A stretch of DNA of 16,649 nucleotides, taken from NCBI GenBank assembly GCA_031414595.1, contig JANNVX010000097.1:1-16649 (forward strand), given 5' to 3'. Below are positions 1 to 6,966 of the stretch, one piece after another. Source of the stretch: Deinococcales bacterium. GTDB lineage: Bacteria; Deinococcota; Deinococci; Deinococcales; JAAFIG01. The notes below the pieces were generated by a model. It saw only the letters and a program-made list of their open reading frames with translations. It was not told where the DNA came from and ran no database searches. Within the stretch, counting starts at the first letter, position 1; every line of letters begins with the position of its first letter. A program made the position numbers and the translations under genes.

Positions 1-136
1 ACGTGTTGCGGAATACGAAGTGGTATTGCTCTGATTGGTTTATGGAGATTGCTTGTGGTTTGCATAACCTTCGCTGTGCTTTTCGCAAACGGGCTTTGCG
101 GAAATCGAGCTAGTTTCTTATTTCCGATAACGTCTA
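1..136 (+). mobile_element. Right end of an IS5-family (ISL2 group / DDE_Tnp_4-like) insertion sequence, truncated by the window edge
   Basis: Transposase-like C-terminus ends at TAG 111-113 and is followed by TATTTCCGATAACGTCTA (119-136), a candidate right inverted repeat. The partner end lies outside the window, so the boundary is inferred. Confidence 0.6.
3..113 (+). CDS. DDE transposase, C-terminal fragment (5'-partial)
   Basis: Frame 3 reads VLRNTKWYCSDWFMEIACGLHNLRCAFRKRALRKSS*. The RN...D..MEIACGLHNLR segment is typical of DDE_Tnp_4-type C-termini. Not in the ORF track because it lacks a start. Confidence 0.7.
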   Translation: MLRNTKWYCSDWFMEIACGLHNLRCAFRKRALRKSS

Positions 137-265
137 TTGTATGATTGTGTTCAAGTGGAGTTCAATCAAAGCTCTCTGCATGGGATTCCACCCCAACCTT
201 TCGAGTCTCACGGCTTTGGCTCGAGCTTGGGGCTGCTGGTCGAACAAAAAACGCATTACCTCGAG

Positions 266-282
266 AATCACGGTATTGACTG
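266..282 (+). repeat. 17-bp direct repeat, left copy, flanking the TA module
   Basis: AATCACGGTATTGACTG (266-282) versus AATCACGGTTTTGACTG (909-925): 16/17 identical. Confidence 0.75.
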
Positions 283-286
283 CTGG

Positions 287-550
287 TCAATCTGGCTTTT
301 CAACACTTGCCCAAAATTCGTCAAAGCCCATGCGTTCACCTTTTTTGGCAGCACTCACTCGAGATTCAAGTAATTTGTGCAGTTTTTTAGAACGATACAA
401 CACCAAACGCTCGAGGTCGTCGGCATCTTCTGGAACAATCAGCACAGCAGCAGCAACCCCATTTTTGGTGATGATAACAGGACTATCTGCCGCATCAAGT
501 ACCACTTGCGATAAGGTATTTTTGGCTTGGCTCAGTGGAATCAGTTTCAT
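287..550 (-). CDS. Type II antitoxin, Phd/YefM family
   Basis: MKLIPLSQAKNTLSQVVLDAADSPVIITKNGVAAAVL fits the Phd N-terminal DNA-binding pattern. The ATG at 550 overlaps the toxin TGA (ATGA coupling). 87 aa. Confidence 0.85.
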   Translation of the reverse strand: MKLIPLSQAKNTLSQVVLDAADSPVIITKNGVAAAVLIVPEDADDLERLVLYRSKKLHKLLESRVSAAKKGERMGFDEFWASVEKPD

Positions 551-876
551 TGTTCTTCGCCTCCTATCCATAATTTATTGCCTTTTTTCTCGCCTATTGC
601 AATAATCAGTACAATTCCTAAAATCTCGGTTTCTGCTGAATTCTCCTCGAGTGTGAATCTGTACAGCACACGGTAGCGGTTTTGTTCTCCACTACGAAGT
701 TCCCAACTTGCTTCTTGAATGGTTGGATCGAGTGGTTTACGATTCTTAGTTTCGATGTTTGGTTGGAATAAAAGCTGCTCAAGAATGCTGTTTTTGATAC
801 TGGCGTGGTATTTTTTGTCTATCCACTCGAGGTCGTTTTTCACGCTGGTGTTGAATTCAATAACAAAACGAGCCAC
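547..876 (-). CDS. Type II toxin, RelE/ParE family
   Basis: 109 aa with F.IEF...V..DL, WELR...RYRVLY and IIAIG.K segments of the RelE fold. GTG start; translationally coupled to the antitoxin. Confidence 0.8.
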   Translation of the reverse strand: MARFVIEFNTSVKNDLEWIDKKYHASIKNSILEQLLFQPNIETKNRKPLDPTIQEASWELRSGEQNRYRVLYRFTLEENSAETEILGIVLIIAIGEKKGNKLWIGGEEQ

Positions 877-881
877 AGTTT

Positions 882-910
882 ATTATAGCTAGAATTCTAG
901 CTAAGTGCAA
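882..910 (-). promoter_or_regulatory. Sigma70-type TA promoter with overlapping palindromic operator
   Basis: Minus strand TTGCAC (910-905), 17-bp spacer, TATAAT (887-882), then 5 nt to GTG 876. A perfect 18-bp palindrome TAGCTAGAATTCTAGCTA (886-903) fills the spacer. Confidence 0.8.
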
Positions 911-925
911 TCACGGTTTTGACTG
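909..925 (+). repeat. 17-bp direct repeat, right copy, flanking the TA module
   Basis: AATCACGGTTTTGACTG, 16/17 identical to 266-282. Confidence 0.75.
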
Positions 926-1072
926 GCGTGGCGGTGAGTGAATTTAAGTTCATTCCGCCTAAATTCTTATTGCCTATCGCTTGTAGCTCTGGCTCGAGTG
1001 AGTCACAAATGCGTTCTCAACTTAACCGTTTTTGCAGTAGACTGTCACCCAAGTCACAAAAGAGGTGAGCCA

Positions 1073-2062
1073 ATGAATGCAGCCCTTAATTCAATTCTCG
1101 GCGGACTATTTCTACTTCTGGCATTTGCCACGGTTTTTTTGATGTATCACCTGTGGGGCTACCCTTTTGATAAAGCCCTACACAAAAGCGCTGCCCCACC
1201 CCGTTTGATGTTGCTGCACCGAATACTGGGTTTGGCATATGGAATTATTTATGTGCTGCTGATGACCCAAATGCTGCCACGCATGTGGACATACCAAGTC
1301 GAATTTCCTGCCCGTACTGTAGCGCACATTATTCTAGGGTTTGTGATTGGCAGTTTACTTTTAATCAAACTCTTTATTTTGCGTTTTGCGCGGCATTTTG
1401 AAGGATGGATGCCAAGCCTTGGCACGGGCTTACTGATTTGCACGGTGTTACTGACAGGGCTTTCGATTCCTTTTTCCTTTCGAGAACAAAACTTGGCTTC
1501 TGGACGCGGCGATTTAACCAGTCCAGCCAATTTAGAACGCTTAAAAACCTTATTGCCAAGCGCAAATTTTTCTCCAGACACCAACCTCGAGTCGCTGGCT
1601 ACCCCACTGGCACTCAATTCTGGACGGCAAGTGCTGTTGGGTGATTGTGTGATTTGTCATGACCTCCGCACCGTGCTACTTCGTCCTCGTACCCCAGCCG
1701 ATTGGCAACAAACAGTCGTGCGGATGATCGAGAAACCCAATCCTTCAGGCGAGATTACCCAGCGCGAAGCTGAGACGGTTACAGCCTATTTAATTGCCAT
1801 TACCCCAGATATTCAGCAATCCGCCCAATCAAAACGCGAACAAGCCCAAGCGCCAAGCGCAGCCTCGAGCATGGACACCAAAACCTTATTTGAAACGATT
1901 TGTTCGCAGTGTCACGGCTTAGATGAAGTTAAAAATTATCCCTTCTCGAGCAGTGATAGACCTCTGGCAGTGGTCAAACGCATGGTTGCTAACGGCATGA
2001 AAATTTCCGAAACTGACTTGCAGAGCATTGTCCAACACATCGAAAGCAATTTTATGAAGTGA
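1073..2062 (+). CDS. Membrane-anchored di-heme c-type cytochrome with an N-terminal ~4-TM His-containing domain
   Basis: Start moved to ATG 1073 because of SD-like GAGGTG at 1062-1067. About 4 hydrophobic helices with His residues (HRILG, HIILG). Two CXXCH motifs, CVICH (1646-1660) and CSQCH (1901-1915), each followed by V.RM (candidate axial Met). Confidence 0.8.
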   Translation: MNAALNSILGGLFLLLAFATVFLMYHLWGYPFDKALHKSAAPPRLMLLHRILGLAYGIIYVLLMTQMLPRMWTYQVEFPARTVAHIILGFVIGSLLLIKLFILRFARHFEGWMPSLGTGLLICTVLLTGLSIPFSFREQNLASGRGDLTSPANLERLKTLLPSANFSPDTNLESLATPLALNSGRQVLLGDCVICHDLRTVLLRPRTPADWQQTVVRMIEKPNPSGEITQREAETVTAYLIAITPDIQQSAQSKREQAQAPSAASSMDTKTLFETICSQCHGLDEVKNYPFSSSDRPLAVVKRMVANGMKISETDLQSIVQHIESNFMK

Positions 2063-2078
2063 TTTGGTAGACTAGACT

Positions 2079-2861
2079 ATGAAAATTGACTTACAAGGCA
2101 AATCCGCACTGATTACAGGCGCATCAAGGGGAATCGGACGGGCAACCGCGCTTGCACTCGCCGAAGTTGGCGCGGATGTGATTGTGACTGCCCGCAGCGC
2201 AGCCGAACTCGAGACACTGGCTGACGAAATCAGACAAAAAGGCACTCGAGCCATTGCGATTGCCAGTGATATTTCGGATTTCTCGAGCTTAGGTACGCTG
2301 GTCTCGAGAGGGATAGCCGAATTTGGGCAGCTTGATATTTTGGTCAATAACGCGGGGATTACCCAAGGCACAAAATTTACCAGCATGGACTATGAACTAT
2401 GGCAAAAAATTCAGCGTATCAACGTGGATGCTGCCATGAAACTGATGCAATTAACGTTGGATGGCATGGTTTCTCAGGGTTGGGGGCGGGTGGTGAACAT
2501 TGCCAGTATTGCCGCCAAATCTGGTTTGCGGTATAGCGCTGCCTACAATGCCAGTAAACACGCACTGCTCGGTTTAACCCGTAGTGTGGCACTGGATTAT
2601 GCAACCAAGGCTGTAACCGTCAATGCCGTCTGTCCGGGTTGGGTGCATACCGAAATGGTCGAACAAACTGTGACGAACATCATGGAAAAGACCAACCGCT
2701 CGAGAGAAGAAGCCATTGCTAGTTTGGTCAAAGATGTACCGCTAGGACGGATGGTCTCGAGTGAAGAAGTGGCAGCCCTAGTGGTTTTTTTATGTTCATA
2801 CCAAGCGGCTGCGATTACTGGGCAAGGCATCAATATAGATGGTGGCACAGTCATGAGTTAG
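2079..2861 (+). CDS. Classical short-chain dehydrogenase/reductase (FabG / 3-hydroxybutyrate dehydrogenase-like)
   Basis: TGASRGIG, NNAG, catalytic YNASK and NAVCPGWV.T motifs; 260 aa. Confidence 0.92.
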   Translation: MKIDLQGKSALITGASRGIGRATALALAEVGADVIVTARSAAELETLADEIRQKGTRAIAIASDISDFSSLGTLVSRGIAEFGQLDILVNNAGITQGTKFTSMDYELWQKIQRINVDAAMKLMQLTLDGMVSQGWGRVVNIASIAAKSGLRYSAAYNASKHALLGLTRSVALDYATKAVTVNAVCPGWVHTEMVEQTVTNIMEKTNRSREEAIASLVKDVPLGRMVSSEEVAALVVFLCSYQAAAITGQGINIDGGTVMS

Positions 2862-2891
2862 TCATCCATTATGAGTTTTGAAGATTTTACC

Positions 2892-2915
2892 GTAGGGGCA
2901 AGGCATGCCTTGCCC
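2892..2915 (+). repeat. GTAG-initiated REP-like palindrome between convergent genes; possible bidirectional terminator
   Basis: GTAG followed by the perfect 20-bp palindrome GGGCAAGGCATGCCTTGCCC (2896-2915). Confidence 0.65.
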
Positions 2916-2947
2916 ACCTTAGAGACACATTTTTTGGTCTGTTTTTG

Positions 2948-4336
2948 CTAAAACTGCGGAATAGGAATAACATTAAAAATCATACCAGCCAAAACTGCCA
3001 CAATTAAAATCAGCACGACCCGCCCGAACCAAGTGCCAATCAGCCATTGCAGCGCCAAATAAGCAGTCAGTAGAACCGCGCCGTAAAAGCCAATCAGGGC
3101 GGCTTGGGCGGGGAGCATTCGCATTTCACCGAGTACAATCAGCGCCCCGCAAACCAAGTAGAGCAACCACAGGTAATCGCCGCCTTGTTGTTTGGCTGGT
3201 GTAGGCGTGACCACAACGGGGGTTGCGAGTTGCGGTGTACCCCAGATTTGTCCTCCAGGTGGTTGTTTTGACAGGTTTTGATTGACCACAGGTGGTGGGC
3301 TGACATACGGCGGTGGGGTTGGTTTGGGTTGCTGAGGCGGTGGCGGTGGTGTGACCCTGACGGTTGGTTGGGCTTGTGGTTTTTTACCTTGGGTCTGCTC
3401 GAGCAGCGCCAGAAATGCTTGTGCGGTTTGTGGGCGTTCATCCACTTTCATTTTCATGGCTTTCTCGAGGACATCCGAGAAGGCTTTGCTGACTTTGGGG
3501 TTGAGTTCTCGAGCGCTTGGTTGTTTGACCCCACTGGCACGGTCGGTAGCTGCGACGGGTTCTTTGCCAGTCAAGGCAAATTGCAGTGTGCCAGCCAAGG
3601 CGTAGACATCGGTAAATGGTCCGCGTCGCGCCTCGGAAGCATACTGCTCGAGTGGGGCATACCCGGGGGTAATAATAATACTGACCCTTGCGCCTCCCGC
3701 AATTTCTCTGGCACTGCCAAAATCTATTAAGACTGCGCCGCGTTGTACCATCATAATGTTGTCGGGTTTAATGTCGCGGTGCAACAAGTTTGAACTGTGT
3801 ACTAGGGTGAGGGCTTCAACCACTTCTCGAGCTATTTGAACAACTTGGGCTTCGCTTAAAACCCCGCCCTTTTCGACCAGACTTTGTAAGGGTTTGCCCT
3901 CCAAGAATTCCATGGTGTAATACTCGGTGTCGTTCTCGGTGAAGACATCATAAACCCGAACAATATGAGCGCTTGGGGCGTTCAGGGTTAAACGCGCCAC
4001 CACCCGTGCTTCGTCGGCAAATCTGGAACGAGCTTCGGCAAATTCTTTTGCCCCATATGTGGCGGGTGGGCGGACACTCATCCCAACCCGCACACTGCCC
4101 GAAGGTTGAAATTCTTTGACCACCACGGGAATGCCCATGCCAGCATTCTGGGCTTTGTAGGTCACGCCAAAGCCGCCTTGTCCTAGAACTTTTTCGAGTT
4201 TATATTTACCGTTTTGTAGCACAGTGCCAGCTTTCATGGCAGTTGGGTACTGAGCGCCTTCTAAGCTCGCACCGCACATGCTACAGGCTTTATTGGACTC
4301 AGGATTTTGGGTGGCGCAATATGGACAAACAATCAT
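2948..4336 (-). CDS. Hanks-type Ser/Thr protein kinase with N-terminal Zn ribbon, Pro/Gln-rich linker and C-terminal TM helices
   Basis: CPYC..CSMC Zn ribbon; intact LGQGGFG, VVVKE, HRDIKPDN, DFG and YAPLE motifs; PPPPPQQPKP linker; about 3 hydrophobic C-terminal segments. Confidence 0.93.
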   Translation of the reverse strand: MIVCPYCATQNPESNKACSMCGASLEGAQYPTAMKAGTVLQNGKYKLEKVLGQGGFGVTYKAQNAGMGIPVVVKEFQPSGSVRVGMSVRPPATYGAKEFAEARSRFADEARVVARLTLNAPSAHIVRVYDVFTENDTEYYTMEFLEGKPLQSLVEKGGVLSEAQVVQIAREVVEALTLVHSSNLLHRDIKPDNIMMVQRGAVLIDFGSAREIAGGARVSIIITPGYAPLEQYASEARRGPFTDVYALAGTLQFALTGKEPVAATDRASGVKQPSARELNPKVSKAFSDVLEKAMKMKVDERPQTAQAFLALLEQTQGKKPQAQPTVRVTPPPPPQQPKPTPPPYVSPPPVVNQNLSKQPPGGQIWGTPQLATPVVVTPTPAKQQGGDYLWLLYLVCGALIVLGEMRMLPAQAALIGFYGAVLLTAYLALQWLIGTWFGRVVLILIVAVLAGMIFNVIPIPQF

Positions 4337-4349
4337 TGGGGTTTCCTAA

Positions 4350-6071
4350 TTAAAGTGGGTCTCGGGTCTCGAGTTTCATCACCAAGGCAGTGGCATTATC
4401 CGAGGTGCTGCGTTGCAAGGCTTGGCGCACCAATCGGTCGGCTAGGTCTTGCGGCTCGAGTGGTTCTAAGAGGGCAATTTCAAATTCTTTGGGTGGAAAT
4501 ACGCCCCAAACACCATCAGAGACAATTACTATTTTGGCGTTGGCTGGGATGGTCATTTCGCGCAGTTCCACATAATCTGGTGGTAATTCACGGTTGCTGC
4601 CCAATGCCCGCATGATTTTGTTGCTGTCGGGGTGATTATGGGCGGCTTCGGCAGCGATAATTCCCATTTTGACAAACATGGCGACCATACTGTGGTCTTC
4701 AGAAATTTGCACGGCTGTATCGGTAATTAAGTAGGCTCGAGTGTCGCCGACATGTGCAAGGGCGAGTTTGTCACCATCAGCAATCACGCCCGTAAAAGTA
4801 CAACCACCATTTTTGCCTTCCATTGCCCCAATCACCCTTGCATTGGCAAAAGCAATCGCTTCGTGGACAGCTTGGCTCGAGACTTCGGACAGTGGGTAAT
4901 CGAGAAACCCAGACACAGCCGCTTGGCTGGCATCTTCGCCTTTTGCCATCCCACCAATCCCGTCGGCAACACAAGCCACCACAATTGTATCGTTGTGGGC
5001 AGCGCCGGTGGCACGTCTGGCACGGTAGCCTACCGAATCTTCGTTGGTTACACGGTCTGGGTTGATTCCGACGGTGCTGGCAGTCCCAAGCACCCAAGCA
5101 TAACGCGGTTCAAAAGCCCGTTCTAATTTGCTGGCTAACTCGAGCGCATCGGATGGATTGACCCGCGTGGTGCTGGGCGAAAGCATGGCGGTTAAGGCTT
5201 GTGGCACACCGGGAATCTCGGGAAAGGAAATCAGCATTTCACCTTCGATTGGCATTTGCCCAGTCAAGGCATGGTACAAAAGTGCGCCTATGGCGTAAAC
5301 CCCTTCGTTGCCATTGATTTTATGTCCAGCCGCCCGTTCAGGAGCGCCATAACGCGGCGCTTCGGCACTGATTGCATCGCCGATTTTATGCACATTGGGT
5401 AAGCGCTGTAAGCGGGTTGGCTCGAGCAGCACATCACGCGGGTCTACCGAAACCATCGAAAAACCACGGGCGTGTAAATAGCGGTTCAATCTGGCTAAAT
5501 CCACAATTGCCGAAATAACCACTCTTTTGTTGCGTTCATAAATGGCAGATTCTAGGGTGTTGCCCTCGAGTTTAGGATGGGCAATCAGTATTTTGCCATC
5601 CACTTCACCAGCATCTATTAAATTCGGGAGCATTGGGTGCGGATAAAGGGCGCGAGTGACATCCGCGCCTCTGGCATAAACCGCCACCCGCACTTCTGAT
5701 CCATCTGGGGCTTTGGCAATCACCCGCCCTGCCGATTCTTGGGTTAAGAGCGCATATTCGCCACGTTCAAGTTTCATGATTGGCGGTACAGTTAATTGCG
5801 GCGCGGCACTGCTTGGCGCGGTTGGTGTTAAGATTTCTTCTTCGAGAAAACCACTGTCATCGGCTGGGGCTAACAACGGTAATTCTGGGGTGGCAATTTG
5901 TTCTTGCTCCCAAGCCAAAACATCTGGCGGAGGCATAAAGACTCCCGATTCCTCGGGGAGGACATAGACCCCATCGTCCATGTCTAGTAAATCATAAGGC
6001 TCAGACAACTCGATGGTGTCTGATACCTTATTGGTCACGCCTTCTAACTGGCGCGGTTCTTCATTGTTCAC
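4350..6071 (-). CDS. Degenerate kinase (pseudokinase) domain fused to a PP2C/PPM phosphatase
   Basis: PP2C motifs NEDS, VADGIGG, HVGDTRAY, SDGVW and DNAT are intact. The middle domain keeps YGAPE and VYAIGALLYHALTG but has MVSVDPRDV in place of HRDxKxxN and no DFG. Acidic N-terminal tail. The GTG start overlaps the FHA gene stop (GTGA). Confidence 0.88.
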   Translation of the reverse strand: MNNEEPRQLEGVTNKVSDTIELSEPYDLLDMDDGVYVLPEESGVFMPPPDVLAWEQEQIATPELPLLAPADDSGFLEEEILTPTAPSSAAPQLTVPPIMKLERGEYALLTQESAGRVIAKAPDGSEVRVAVYARGADVTRALYPHPMLPNLIDAGEVDGKILIAHPKLEGNTLESAIYERNKRVVISAIVDLARLNRYLHARGFSMVSVDPRDVLLEPTRLQRLPNVHKIGDAISAEAPRYGAPERAAGHKINGNEGVYAIGALLYHALTGQMPIEGEMLISFPEIPGVPQALTAMLSPSTTRVNPSDALELASKLERAFEPRYAWVLGTASTVGINPDRVTNEDSVGYRARRATGAAHNDTIVVACVADGIGGMAKGEDASQAAVSGFLDYPLSEVSSQAVHEAIAFANARVIGAMEGKNGGCTFTGVIADGDKLALAHVGDTRAYLITDTAVQISEDHSMVAMFVKMGIIAAEAAHNHPDSNKIMRALGSNRELPPDYVELREMTIPANAKIVIVSDGVWGVFPPKEFEIALLEPLEPQDLADRLVRQALQRSTSDNATALVMKLETRDPL

Positions 6072-6880
6072 GCGCCGTCACTCGAGTAAACAAACAAAAA
6101 TTTCATGTTGCCAAAGGCTACTTCGTCGCCATCGGACAAGGCTTGGGGTTCGATAATTCGTGGGCTGTACTGGGCTTGCCCAGCCCGTTTGACATAAACA
6201 CCGTTGGTACTGCCAAGGTCACGAACCAACCAAAAACCATTCTCGAGGTAAACTTCGGCGTGGCGACGCGAAATATAATTTTCGCCTTGCCCACCCGATA
6301 AATCAATATCCACAGGTCCGGCACTGGGGTCAAACCGTCCAACCACCATCCGTTCAGAGTGCATCACATAACCATCATTACTGTTTGCCCCTAGGTTTCT
6401 GGGGATTAAACGAGCCACCCGAGGGGCATTGTTGACAGGTGTTTCCATGGTGGCTTTGAGGTTGACCGAACCATCCAAAGTGGAATCCATGGCAGCCACG
6501 ACTGGTGCGACCACAGCAACCACAGCAGGTGCAGTTATCGCCTCTGGCTCGAGGTCAAGCGCCGCTTCATCGGCAGCCACAGGCGTTGGAGTCAGTTCTG
6601 GTAATTCTGGCAGAGATGGGGGCAAAACCTCGGCTTCGGGCATTGGGGCTAAACCGGGGATGGCGGTTTCAATCGCACTGACCACGGGTTGCACAATTTC
6701 TGGGGTCTCGAGGTTTGGTGGAACAAAAGCAGGGATTGCATCTGCCACAGCATTAACGACTGGTGTGGCGATTGTCCCAACATTCATTTCAACCGCCGGT
6801 GCGCTCAGTTCGACACCACAACCCTCGCAGAATTTTGAACCATCTGGATTTTCCGTACCGCATACGTGACAAACAATCAT
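6068..6880 (-). CDS. Zn-ribbon + FHA domain protein
   Basis: CHVC..CEGC N-terminus; acidic Pro/Ala linker; FHA motifs VGR, ISRRHA, DLGSTNG and GDEV.FG. SD AAGGAG at 6891-6886. Confidence 0.92.
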   Translation of the reverse strand: MIVCHVCGTENPDGSKFCEGCGVELSAPAVEMNVGTIATPVVNAVADAIPAFVPPNLETPEIVQPVVSAIETAIPGLAPMPEAEVLPPSLPELPELTPTPVAADEAALDLEPEAITAPAVVAVVAPVVAAMDSTLDGSVNLKATMETPVNNAPRVARLIPRNLGANSNDGYVMHSERMVVGRFDPSAGPVDIDLSGGQGENYISRRHAEVYLENGFWLVRDLGSTNGVYVKRAGQAQYSPRIIEPQALSDGDEVAFGNMKFLFVYSSDGA

Positions 6881-6901
6881 GGTGACTCCTTTAAGAATTC
6901 T

Positions 6902-6910
6902 ATTTTAACA
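6902..6910 (-). promoter_or_regulatory. Possible internal extended -10 promoter upstream of the FHA gene
   Basis: TGTTAAAAT on the minus strand, 21 nt upstream of ATG 6880, within an 86-bp spacer. Confidence 0.35.
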
Positions 6911-6966
6911 AGGATTACAGGGGGTTTGCACAAACCAAATGATTTTATGCCCCAGTCGGTGATGGT

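Noticed and set aside
201-290. CRISPR-like spacing of similar motifs 60 bp apart
   Set aside because: Only two degenerate short copies, no array and no cas genes.
141-605. 154-aa plus-strand ORF
   Set aside because: Antisense shadow of the Phd antitoxin and toxin; no recognisable motifs.
999-1022. Possible Fur-like box upstream of the cytochrome gene
   Set aside because: Only a half-site resemblance (TTGAGAACGCATT on the minus strand); too weak to call.
938-1072. 45-aa N-terminal extension of the cytochrome ORF
   Set aside because: An SD (GAGGTG) and a TAGACT box (1038-1043) favour ATG 1073; the extension does not look like protein.
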